Of a stretch of DNA of 64,000 bases, positions 8,962 through 17,817 are shown piece by piece (position 1 is the stretch's first letter; the number at the start of each line of letters is the position of its first letter). The stretch is from assembly GCA_963820525.1 (NCBI GenBank), contig CAWGAA010000003.1, positions 416,001 through 480,000 on the forward strand. Direction: 5' to 3'. This DNA is from an uncultured Spirochaetota bacterium. Its GTDB lineage: Bacteria > Spirochaetota > Spirochaetia > SZUA-6 > Fen-1364. The notes below the pieces were generated by a model. It saw only the letters and a list, made by a program, of their open reading frames with translations. It did not search any database and was not told where the DNA came from. Position numbers and translations under genes: made by a program.

Positions 8962-9819
8962 ATGGTAATTCTTGACAGACAGAAGACCTATACGGCAAAG
9001 GAGATCGCGGCCATCGAGAACAAGATGCTGGGCGGGATTCTGGCGTGCCGGACGACGGAAGCGGTGGAGGCTGCCATAACGTACGCCCGCTTCCTGAACA
9101 AGACCGGCTTGACGGCGGAAAACTATCCTCTCTTCATCAAGGTGCTGGAGATCGGCAACCACTGGGTCATCGATGCGCTCATCGGCACCCGGGATCCGTT
9201 CCTGTTCTTCAGCTCCATCCAGCCCAACTACCAGCTGCTCACAGCGGCGTTCAACCTGCTGGCGGAAAGACACCCGGGGGGCCTGTACGCGAAGTCCCTC
9301 TCCGTGGTGCTGGGCATCCTCCAGGCGGCCTACAACGTCCCCATCGACGGGTACAAGATCTACGGCCTGACGGTGTCGGACCTCAACGCCCTGGGCAAGC
9401 ACCTGGACGAGGAAGCCGGCCAGGAGGATTCGCTCAACCGCTGCATCCTCGACATATTGGAGAAGGTTGCGCAACTGGAAGGCCTGGATGCGGCCAACCG
9501 CGACATGGAAGAGGTGGCGATCCACGCCAACGAGATCCGAAACTTCTTCTTCGACAGCACCAAGCACTTGAACGAGGTCATCCCGCCCGTGCTCCTGGTC
9601 CGCATGAGCTACAAGGACTTCGAGGTGCCGCCGCGCAAGGAAGTCGAGTTCACCAAATCGAAGCTGTTTGACACGGACAAGATCGCCAAGGAGCAGATCA
9701 ACATCAGGGTGTCCTCGCGCGGTCAGGGCACCACCAAGGAAGCCAAGGAAGCGCCCGCGCCGGCTGCCCCGAAAAAGAGCACCGAATCTTCCGGCGGCTC
9801 CGGGCGGAAGACCAAGTAG
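8962..9819 (+). CDS. Unknown-family paralogue 4 (low-complexity C-tail)
   Basis: SD AGGAGG; GLTAENYPLFI, DLNALGKHLD, NRCILDIL, IRNFFFD. Confidence 0.88.
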   Translation: MVILDRQKTYTAKEIAAIENKMLGGILACRTTEAVEAAITYARFLNKTGLTAENYPLFIKVLEIGNHWVIDALIGTRDPFLFFSSIQPNYQLLTAAFNLLAERHPGGLYAKSLSVVLGILQAAYNVPIDGYKIYGLTVSDLNALGKHLDEEAGQEDSLNRCILDILEKVAQLEGLDAANRDMEEVAIHANEIRNFFFDSTKHLNEVIPPVLLVRMSYKDFEVPPRKEVEFTKSKLFDTDKIAKEQINIRVSSRGQGTTKEAKEAPAPAAPKKSTESSGGSGRKTK

Positions 9820-9921
9820 TCGAGTCGGATCTCACGGGGGCGCCGCGGGGTGCGAGCGCGCTCTTAAGTCCCGTGTCGCCCTTCACTGTTCGCCTGAGCT
9901 TGAGGAAACGAAGGTAAGCCC

Positions 9922-10626
9922 ATGGACGTGAAAAAGCTGAAAGAGGAAGCGAAGGTAGGCCATATATCCCAGGATTATATAGACTACCTCAAATACAGGT
10001 TCATCATGGAGGTGCTGGACTCCCCTGATACCCCATCGGCAAACGCCCTCTGGGCATACGCGAGCTTCTTGAACGATCACGGGATCAACAGCGACAACTA
10101 TCCACTGTACATCGAGCTTCTTGCCAGCAACAACAAATCCGCCATCGACGCGCTTCTGGACGGCCACGATCCGGAGAAGTACTTCGATTGCGTGACGCCC
10201 AACCCCTATATCGTCAGGGCCACCTTCGAGACCTTTGCCCGGTTCAAGAGCAACGAGATCTACGATAAATCCCTGAGGGTATTCCTGGGATTCCTCTTCA
10301 AAGTGTACGAGTCCTCGGAGGTGGGCTACCAGTTGTATCCCCCATCAATCGCGGATGTGAACAACCTTGGAAAGTTCCTCGACGAATCGAAGGACCAGGA
10401 GTTCCCTCTCAACCGGGGCATCCTCGACTGCCTGGGGTGTCTGGCGGATTTGGAGAAGCCCCATGAGACGAGCATCGAAAAGCGGGAGCTCGCCGCTCAA
10501 GCCGGAAGGATCCGCTCTGATTTCTTCGACGCCAAGCGCCGCCTGAACCAGTCCATTACCGAGGTGATACTGGAGAAGGCCAAAAAGCCGACCTTCGGGG
10601 TACCCCCCGAGCATATCTACGGATAG
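9922..10626 (+). CDS. Unknown-family paralogue 5 (most divergent core)
   Basis: GINSDNYPLYI, DVNNLGKFLD, NRGILDCL, IRSDFFD. Confidence 0.85.
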   Translation: MDVKKLKEEAKVGHISQDYIDYLKYRFIMEVLDSPDTPSANALWAYASFLNDHGINSDNYPLYIELLASNNKSAIDALLDGHDPEKYFDCVTPNPYIVRATFETFARFKSNEIYDKSLRVFLGFLFKVYESSEVGYQLYPPSIADVNNLGKFLDESKDQEFPLNRGILDCLGCLADLEKPHETSIEKRELAAQAGRIRSDFFDAKRRLNQSITEVILEKAKKPTFGVPPEHIYG

Positions 10627-10673
10627 GGGGGCGGCCCCAGACCGACCCCTCCCCTTTCCCCCCGCTCCCATCA

Positions 10674-11600
10674 TCAACCCTTCTTGCCCTTTCCGTAAAT
10701 GGCCCGGAAGGTCTTTCCCATGTCCAGGTACTTGTCCTCTCCGGAGGGTGCCGCAGCGGCGGGGAACTGGCTCTCGAAATAGCCGCGCACATAGTCGATT
10801 CGCTTGAGAATGTTGGCCGCGACCGTCCTTGCCAGCGTGGAGCGGTCTTTCTGGAAACGGAGGCACACCTTGCAGAGCTCCAGGAGCATCTTCTTGCCTA
10901 CCGGCTTGAAGGCGTTGAAGCGGATGTTGAAAAACTGCATGTCGTAGCCCTGGAAGTGCTCCAGCTTCAGGGGGGTCAGGTATCGCGTCTTCTCGGTTCT
11001 CTCCCAGCCGAAGGTTTTAGGACGTCCCTTGATCTTCACGCCCTCGTGGAGCAGGTCCACGTTCGAGTAATCGATGGCGATGACGATCTGGTCGTCCTTG
11101 GAGTTGTATCGGATCATGTAGTTGTTGGGGTTTCTGTCCTCATCGTAGTAGATCCAGCGGTTGATCAGGTCCAGGAGGAGCTGCTCCTTGAGCTGAAGGA
11201 TGTCGGTATAGTTGGCCCCTGAAAGCTGCTCCGCATGGGTGATGATCTTCGTCGCCTTGTACAGCGTGCCGCCGATGCGCGTCACGATGGTGGGGGCTGA
11301 AATGGTCCGCGAGAAGAAATCGAGGAAGAAGCAGATGGAGCCCATCGCGGCCCGCACCGCCTCATCCGCCGCGATGGGCTTCACGATCCAGCTCTCCCCG
11401 GGGTTGTCCCGCTCGACCGCGCCGACGTAATCGCGCACCTCCGCGAAGAAGGGGATTTTCAGGGACTGATCTATGGACAAAAGGTCGTCCACGGAGAGCT
11501 TCTTCAAGAGCTGCTCGTAGCTCTGGTCCGCGCACAGGAGATGAATCAGCTCCGCATCGCGGAGAAAGCGCGGAACCTCGGAATAGTCGAAGTATCCCAT
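10674..11600 (-). CDS. Atypical kinase, PI3K/PI4K-HipA-like fold
   Basis: SD GGAGG; WIVKP (ATP-binding Lys candidate), catalytic-loop-like DEDRNPNNY, metal-binding-like AIDY. Confidence 0.75.
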   Translation of the reverse strand: MGYFDYSEVPRFLRDAELIHLLCADQSYEQLLKKLSVDDLLSIDQSLKIPFFAEVRDYVGAVERDNPGESWIVKPIAADEAVRAAMGSICFFLDFFSRTISAPTIVTRIGGTLYKATKIITHAEQLSGANYTDILQLKEQLLLDLINRWIYYDEDRNPNNYMIRYNSKDDQIVIAIDYSNVDLLHEGVKIKGRPKTFGWERTEKTRYLTPLKLEHFQGYDMQFFNIRFNAFKPVGKKMLLELCKVCLRFQKDRSTLARTVAANILKRIDYVRGYFESQFPAAAAPSGEDKYLDMGKTFRAIYGKGKKG

Positions 11601-11639
11601 CGAATACCTCCCGTTGACAGCGTGCCCGAAAGCCCGCGG

Positions 11640-12587
11640 CTAGCGATAGTCGTCCATGACGTAGCGGCGCGGCTTGAGCTCGAGATCCGCGTACTTCACG
11701 TTATAGCCGGAAGAGGAGCGAATCGACAGGTACGGGCATATCGTCTCCAGCGTGTCGTAGAGGATGACGTGATCGTGGGTGCCGAGGATATCGATCCAGA
11801 TCGAATCCTGCTCTCCCCACGTCCACATCGGGTTGTGGCCCACGATGAACGGGATGCTCTTGGGGCAGCCCAGGAGTCGCCTCGTCTCGTCCAGGTCCTC
11901 GGGCCCGTACTCCTTCATGCTCGGGGTGGAGCGCGTCTCGTTAAGCCTGTTCCACGTGAGCTGCCAGAAGTAGTTGTCGAAATGCCGAACATTGATGAGC
12001 TCGTTCCTGGTGATCCCGCCCCGCACGGGGCCGGCGTGCGTTGCCAGGAACCAGCGGTGGATCACGAACAGGGGCAGCGCATCGTAGAGCTCCTGCATCA
12101 GCTCCACGTACCGCTTGCCCCGCGCCTTGGCCAGCGCCTCCCGCCAGAATAGGCCCTGCTGGATGCCGCGCTTGGAGAGCTGGGGGTTGAGGGAGTCGTG
12201 GTTGCCCAGGATGTAGATGACGTTGTCGGGATACTCGTTGAGAAGCTCAATGATGATGTCCATGGTCTCGATGGAGGAGTCCATTTCGTAGGCGAAACCG
12301 GTCTTGTCGTTATGGACGGCGTCGCCGAGGAAGAGCAGCACCGCCTTGTTCTGCCGGACCTTCGACAAATTGTCCGAATCCTTGAGGATTGCGCGAAGGT
12401 TCTTGAAGTTGCCATGCAGGTCCCCAATGACTATGAACTCCCTCTTCTCGCTGCGAGCAAACTCGATCAGCCCCCCGGGGCGGCCGTCGGAGCCGGCGGG
12501 ACGCAAGCTCTCATCCAGGGAGAGGACCTTGGCCACAGCGTCTTGAAGGAGTTTGGAGTGTCGATCGCGAACGCCGCGGACGCCCAT
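11640..12587 (-). CDS. Calcineurin-like (PPP-type) metallophosphoesterase
   Basis: GDLHGN, LGDAVH, GNHD, THAGP, VGHN. Start moved to ATG 12587, just after the PPIase stop. Confidence 0.88.
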   Translation of the reverse strand: MGVRGVRDRHSKLLQDAVAKVLSLDESLRPAGSDGRPGGLIEFARSEKREFIVIGDLHGNFKNLRAILKDSDNLSKVRQNKAVLLFLGDAVHNDKTGFAYEMDSSIETMDIIIELLNEYPDNVIYILGNHDSLNPQLSKRGIQQGLFWREALAKARGKRYVELMQELYDALPLFVIHRWFLATHAGPVRGGITRNELINVRHFDNYFWQLTWNRLNETRSTPSMKEYGPEDLDETRRLLGCPKSIPFIVGHNPMWTWGEQDSIWIDILGTHDHVILYDTLETICPYLSIRSSSGYNVKYADLELKPRRYVMDDYR

Positions 12588-12594
12588 TGCTGCC

Positions 12595-13605
12595 TTACTG
12601 GAAGTCGACCAGCTCCACTTCGAAGACCAGAAACGAGTCGGGAGGAATGGCGCCTGGATATCCCCTCTCGCCATAGGCGAGCTCCGGCGGAATCACCAGC
12701 AGCCGCTTCTCGCCCTTCTTCATTGCGGCGAGCGCTTCGTTCCATCCCGGGATCACCTGCCCGATCTTGAACTGGGCGGGGCTGCCCCGCTCGATCGAGC
12801 TGTCGAATACCCTTCCGTCGAGGAACTTCCCCGTGTAGTTCACGGTCACCAGAGCGCCGGCCGCGGGGCTCGGGCCGTTTCCCGTCTTGAGCGCCTGGTA
12901 CATGAGGCCGGATTTTGTGGTCGTGAGCTTGGGCCACCGCTTCTGGATCTGAGTCAGGGCGGACTTCCTGGCTTCGGCACGCTTCTCCCCAAGGCCTGCC
13001 TTGGCTTTAGCCACCATGGCGTCGAAGCCGGCCTGGCTGGCCGTGAACGCCTTGGCCGCAGCGCCGATGCGCAGGATCTTGACGCTCACGATCTTGTCTC
13101 CCTGCTTGACGCTCTTCACCACGTCCATGCCCTGCACGACGCGGCCGAATACCGTGTATCCGCCGTCGAGCTGGGGGAGCTCCTTGAGAGTGATGTAGAA
13201 CTGGCTGCCGTTTGTGTTGGGCCCGGAGTTGGCCATGGCGAGGATGCCCGGCGCGTCGTGCTTCAGCTCCGCCACGATCTCGTCGGGAAACGAGTAGCCC
13301 GGGCCGCCGGTGCCGTCTCCTCGGGGATCGCCGCCCTGGATGATGAAATCCGCCACGACGCGGTGGAAGGTGAGCCCGTCGAAAAAGTGCTTGCCCTTCG
13401 AGCCGTTGGCGGAGATCGTTCCCTCGGCAAGACCGACGAAGCTTGAAACCGTCAAGGGAGCCTGCTGGAAGGCCAGGCTGCACACGATCAGTCCCCGGGA
13501 TGTATTGATTTGAGCGTACAGGCCGTCCGGCAGGCTCGTGGTTTCGGCGTGAGCGGCCATAACGGCCACCACAAGGGAAGAGGCGATAAGAAAAGTGTAT
13601 TTCAC
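12595..13605 (-). CDS. Peptidyl-prolyl isomerase, cyclophilin-FKBP fusion with signal peptide
   Basis: FHRV, IQGGDP, MANSGPNTNGSQFYIT (cyclophilin); VNYTG, FDSS, VIPGW, IPPELAYG (FKBP); GTG start 13605. Confidence 0.92.
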   Translation of the reverse strand: MKYTFLIASSLVVAVMAAHAETTSLPDGLYAQINTSRGLIVCSLAFQQAPLTVSSFVGLAEGTISANGSKGKHFFDGLTFHRVVADFIIQGGDPRGDGTGGPGYSFPDEIVAELKHDAPGILAMANSGPNTNGSQFYITLKELPQLDGGYTVFGRVVQGMDVVKSVKQGDKIVSVKILRIGAAAKAFTASQAGFDAMVAKAKAGLGEKRAEARKSALTQIQKRWPKLTTTKSGLMYQALKTGNGPSPAAGALVTVNYTGKFLDGRVFDSSIERGSPAQFKIGQVIPGWNEALAAMKKGEKRLLVIPPELAYGERGYPGAIPPDSFLVFEVELVDFQ

Positions 13606-13706
13606 GCGCCAGTGATAGCCCCTTCCACCGGCCGCTGTCAAGGGACTCACGATGGAGCGTTTACAAAGCCTGATCCGAGGGGTAAATTCTGGATTGAGGC
13701 TACCGA

Positions 13707-13949
13707 ATGAACGGCGAGAACAGGCGAATCCTCCTGCGAAACGAAGTCGAGGCCGCCCTTCTGGAGGAGATCCTCCAGCGGGACGGAATACCTCACTACA
13801 TAAAATCGTACCACGATCGCGTGTACGACGGAATCTGGCAGCTGCAGAACGGCTGGGGGCAGATCGACGCTCCCGTCGAATACCTGAGCGGGATAGAAGC
13901 GCTGCTCAGCCTGATCAGGAACAACAAGACCCTTCCGCCCGTCGTGTAG
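13707..13949 (+). CDS. Small DUF2007-like putative signal-transducing protein
   Basis: NEVEAALLEEIL...GIPHYIKSYHD..YDG pattern. Confidence 0.65.
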   Translation: MNGENRRILLRNEVEAALLEEILQRDGIPHYIKSYHDRVYDGIWQLQNGWGQIDAPVEYLSGIEALLSLIRNNKTLPPVV

Positions 13950-14111
13950 AAACGGCGGCCGGCGATACCCTCACCGCGGCGGCGAGATCTTCGCGCCGCA
14001 CCTGCGCCTGGAGAAGGCCCGCCGCCGGGCAATAGTCAAAAACCGCGTATTGCGCAATCAGGGCCTTGGCACTACACTCAAGGCGCACATAAGCGACAGG
14101 TTTTTTGGACC

Positions 14112-14966
14112 ATGATTCGAAACGGCGCAGCCCTCTTTTCAGCGAAGAAGGGCATCTGGATCTTTCTTTTCCTTGTCCTGTCGATATCCCTGTCGGCCGC
14201 CCTCGAACATGCCGACCCCGGGCAATCCACCCACACCCTCCGCATCGGGGAGAGAGACGTCGAGTACCTCAACTACCTGCTGTACCTGCCGTCCAGCTAC
14301 GGGAAGGATCCGATCAGAAAGTGGCCCCTCATTGTGGCTCTCCACGGAAGCGAGGAACGGGGAAACGATCCGGCCCTGGTGAAGGCGAGCGGCCTGCCGG
14401 CGCTCGTGGAAAAGAACAGGGAGTTCCCCTTCATCGTGGTCTCTCCCCAGTGCCCGGCAGACCAGAGATGGTCGCCCTCGTGGACCAAGAAGCTCCTCGA
14501 CGTGGTGGTCAAGCGCTTCACCGTGGACCGGGACAGGATCTACCTCACCGGCTACAGCATGGGCGGGTACGGCACCTGGGACACGGCGGAAGAGTATCCC
14601 GAGCTTTTCGCGGCAATCGCTCCCATCTGCGGCGGAGGAGACACGGATCAGGCGGGGCGCATCAGGGGCCTTCCCGTCTGGGCCTTTCACGGCGCGAAGG
14701 ACCCGAACGTTCCGGTTGACGAATCGATCCAGATGGTGCGGGCGCTCAAGCGCTACGGCGGGGAGGTGAAGCTCACGATCTATCCCGAGGCGGAGCACGA
14801 CGTATGGACGGTCACGTACCGAAATGCCGGGCTGTACAGCTGGTTTCTGACGCACAGGAAAATGGGCCCGGCCGTCCAGTACCTCCGCGCAGATCTCGGC
14901 AGGAGGGCCCAGGCCGGAATCCAGCTTCTCAAAAGCACCGTTCTCATCCCGATGACGGTCCACTAG
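14112..14966 (+). CDS. Alpha/beta-hydrolase (carboxylesterase/peptidase S9-like), probably exported
   Basis: LHGSEERG, GYSMGG nucleophile elbow, FHGAKD, H-D-V-W; N-terminal hydrophobic segment. Confidence 0.85.
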   Translation: MIRNGAALFSAKKGIWIFLFLVLSISLSAALEHADPGQSTHTLRIGERDVEYLNYLLYLPSSYGKDPIRKWPLIVALHGSEERGNDPALVKASGLPALVEKNREFPFIVVSPQCPADQRWSPSWTKKLLDVVVKRFTVDRDRIYLTGYSMGGYGTWDTAEEYPELFAAIAPICGGGDTDQAGRIRGLPVWAFHGAKDPNVPVDESIQMVRALKRYGGEVKLTIYPEAEHDVWTVTYRNAGLYSWFLTHRKMGPAVQYLRADLGRRAQAGIQLLKSTVLIPMTVH

Positions 14967-15008
14967 CTCAAAACCGAACGCCGGAGGCTCTCGGGGCGCG
15001 CGTAGGAG

Positions 15009-15527
15009 TCAACCTGAGCTCTCCAGCTCCACCTCCGCCGGGTCATCGGGCCGGGCCACCACCCTCCACTGCTGGGCTTCCCTGTCGAAATCCGCGATCT
15101 TCTCCAGCGGCATCTTGATGTATCTGCCCTTGGCCTCCACGGCGACTTCACCGCTCGCCAGCAGCAGCTCTCCCGATCCCTCGAAAAAGCGCGGGGAATC
15201 CTTGTCGATGCGTCCTACGACGCGAAGCGCCCCGCCGATGGGGATGGGCTTTCGAAGGCGCATGGAGAACTCGACCGTCACGCCCCACACCTCGCCGCTC
15301 CCGCGCATCATGATGGCGCGGCCGATCGTCTCATCCAGGATGGCGGCTGCCACCCCTCCGTGGAGCCGGGCAGGATAGCTCTGGTGCCCCTCCGACGGCT
15401 CGAACACTGCCAGGAGCTCCCCGTTGTCAAGCTCGTAGAAGGCGGTGCGCAGGCCCATCGCATTGGAGAGGCCGCAGACAAAGCACATCTTGGTGTTTGG
15501 CTGTTTGCCCGTCACCTTTCGTCTCAT
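15009..15527 (-). CDS. PaaI-family hot-dog thioesterase
   Basis: CFVCG..N..GL, HGG..AAILDE; start at MRRKV (15527). Confidence 0.85.
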   Translation of the reverse strand: MRRKVTGKQPNTKMCFVCGLSNAMGLRTAFYELDNGELLAVFEPSEGHQSYPARLHGGVAAAILDETIGRAIMMRGSGEVWGVTVEFSMRLRKPIPIGGALRVVGRIDKDSPRFFEGSGELLLASGEVAVEAKGRYIKMPLEKIADFDREAQQWRVVARPDDPAEVELESSG

Positions 15528-15531
15528 CTCT

Positions 15532-17226
15532 TTACTCCGAAACAAGCACGATTTGCGAGGCCTCGTGGTATTCGGGCCCCAGGTGGGGAAGAAGCTCGGC
15601 CACGTCCCGCTCGCTTCCCTCGATGCCCAGGGCGGCGAAGCCTTTGTCTCCCCGTGCGCCCAGCTGCAGGTCCACGACGTTGACTCCTCGCGAGGCAAGG
15701 GCGGAAAGAAGGACGAGGAGCACTCCCGGCTTGTTGGCGTGCACCGTGATCAGCATGTGGCGCGAGACGGGCACGGGCAGCCATGCCCCGTCCACCTCCA
15801 GGAGGTAGGCCGGCGCCCTCTTCAGCGGCGGAAGGGCGATGCGCTTCTCCGGCTCGATGCTGAAAAAACGCTCCCGGGCGGTGCCGATGACGAAATCGAC
15901 GGCCTCGCGCACCCGCTCCCGAGGCCCGTTGAGGGTCAGGTAGGCCGTGGCCGTCCCGTCCTCGCGCGAGTTGAGGTAGGCGGTCTCCACGTTGATCTCC
16001 TCGGAGGCGAGGGTGTTGAGCAGTATCGCGAGGGTCCCCGGGGTGTCCGTATGGTGAGAAAACAGGCACGACAGCTCCCCGCCACGGTACGCCGGCACGC
16101 GGTCCGAGATCGTGAGAGACCTGTCCAGCCTCCGCGCGCGCAGGGCGTGGAACGACCCCAGGGACGAGGACTCGGGAAAGATGCGGGCAAGCGGCTTGAA
16201 GTCTCCCCCAAAGGAGAGGTGGGGGATCTCCAGGCGCAGCTCGCGATCGAACCTCTGGTTGAGCATCTCGATGGCGAGGTTGAGGACGCGAAACCTGTCC
16301 TCTCCCCGCGTGCCGCGCGGGGCGGTTTCAAGGGGGCGCTTCTCGGGGATCCCGCGGGAGAAGGAGACGTAGTAGCGGTAGCCTGCCTCCTGCATGTGGC
16401 GGATGCCGGCCGCGTAATCCTTGCCAAGGTCCTCCACCCCATGGGTGTCCGAACCGATGGCCACGGGGATTCCCAGCCCGCGCGCCCGCTTGAGGATCTC
16501 GAGGTCGGGATAGATTCCCACTCCCTTGCGCAGGCCGGAGAGGTTCACATCGAGGGCGAGGTTTCGCTCCGCGATCATCTCCAAAAGCGTGAACAACCGG
16601 TGGGACGCCCCGTCGTCTGCGGAGTCGAAATCCTTGAAGGAGTCCGGCAGGGGAGCATAGAGCTTGGGAATGTCGAGGTGGCCCACCACGGAGATGATCT
16701 GGCCGCAGGCGTCCACCATCTCGATCATCTCGTCGAAATACCCCTCCCACAGCCCCTGGAGTCCTCCCCGCAGGCCGATGAGACGCTCCGTATCCTCCTT
16801 GGAGCCGTCGTAGGGAATCCCCTCGGGGGAGAAGTGGACGGAACAGATGACGAAATCCACGCCGGGGGCCTGGTAGAGCTTGGCGCGGGTCCACTCCATT
16901 CCCAGCCCCGTTCCCAGCCACTCCAGCTCCACGCCGAAGCGGATCCGGATCCTGCCCGCGTAGCGCCGCCGCAGGTCCTCCATCCTGGCCGAATAGTCGA
17001 AGTATGCGGCGTCCCCGCGGATGAACTTGACGTCCGTGGCCCGCTCGCTGGCATAGCGGAACCGCGTGAGCCGTGGAGTGTGGATGATGAGGGTGAGAGA
17101 GGGGAATCGGAGAGCCAGGGCGCGCTCGATCAGGCCGTCCAGGTCGTCCACCCCATGGCTGACGTGATCCTTTCCCGTTCCGACGTGTATCCCGTGGGTC
17201 TCCCAGACGTGCGCTCCGCGTTCCAT
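15532..17226 (-). CDS. PHP-domain histidinol-phosphatase-like protein fused to two ACT domains
   Basis: GVELEW, CSVHF, VVGHLD, GSDTH (PHP/HisJ); DTPGTLA..LNTLASEEINV and NKPGVLL..LSALASRGVNV (ACT). Confidence 0.8.
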   Translation of the reverse strand: MERGAHVWETHGIHVGTGKDHVSHGVDDLDGLIERALALRFPSLTLIIHTPRLTRFRYASERATDVKFIRGDAAYFDYSARMEDLRRRYAGRIRIRFGVELEWLGTGLGMEWTRAKLYQAPGVDFVICSVHFSPEGIPYDGSKEDTERLIGLRGGLQGLWEGYFDEMIEMVDACGQIISVVGHLDIPKLYAPLPDSFKDFDSADDGASHRLFTLLEMIAERNLALDVNLSGLRKGVGIYPDLEILKRARGLGIPVAIGSDTHGVEDLGKDYAAGIRHMQEAGYRYYVSFSRGIPEKRPLETAPRGTRGEDRFRVLNLAIEMLNQRFDRELRLEIPHLSFGGDFKPLARIFPESSSLGSFHALRARRLDRSLTISDRVPAYRGGELSCLFSHHTDTPGTLAILLNTLASEEINVETAYLNSREDGTATAYLTLNGPRERVREAVDFVIGTARERFFSIEPEKRIALPPLKRAPAYLLEVDGAWLPVPVSRHMLITVHANKPGVLLVLLSALASRGVNVVDLQLGARGDKGFAALGIEGSERDVAELLPHLGPEYHEASQIVLVSE

Positions 17227-17361
17227 GGCGGTGAGTGTAGCAGAAAAGGCCGGTACGCGTCTGTGCGCCCTCTCCGCCTCTCTCGTGGTTCGACGGTGAA
17301 ATGCGAATCCTTGAACGGCGATCCCTTCTTTACTATCTTAAGGTGAGAGGGGGCGGCTGAA

Positions 17362-17817
17362 GTGGATGCACAGCAAATGTCCGATAAGCTGCGGACGATC
17401 ATCGACGCTCATGGCGCCGGAATCCTCGCATCGACGGATGCGGAGGGAAGGCCCCACGTGCGGTGGCTCACTCCCGTGATCTTTCCCTCCCGGCCCGGGA
17501 GCATCTACGCCCTCACGGTCCCTATTTTCCCCAAGGTGGGCCAGCTTCGCGCCAGTCCCTTCGTGGAATGGCTCTTCCAGACCCCTTCCTTGAGCGAAGT
17601 GGTAACCGTCCGCGGCAGGATCGTCGTCGTGGACAACCCGTCCCTGCGCTCCCAGGTGCTGGAGGCGATCGGCAAGCGTCTCTTTTCCCTCTGGAAGCTG
17701 ACGCACGACGCGCGGGACCTGGCCGTGCTGGAGACGGAGATCGAAGAGGCGACCTACTACAAGCCCATGGAGGGCAGCAGGGAGGCCGTTTCCTTCGGCA
17801 GGCAAGGGAGCCCGTGA
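17362..17817 (+). CDS. Pyridoxamine 5'-phosphate oxidase-like FMN-binding protein
   Basis: GILASTDAEGRPHVRW, K..QLRASP.V pattern. Confidence 0.7.
   Translation: MDAQQMSDKLRTIIDAHGAGILASTDAEGRPHVRWLTPVIFPSRPGSIYALTVPIFPKVGQLRASPFVEWLFQTPSLSEVVTVRGRIVVVDNPSLRSQVLEAIGKRLFSLWKLTHDARDLAVLETEIEEATYYKPMEGSREAVSFGRQGSP

Noticed and set aside
10674..11600. HipBA toxin-antitoxin module
   Set aside because: No HTH antitoxin is adjacent; only the catalytic motifs resemble HipA.
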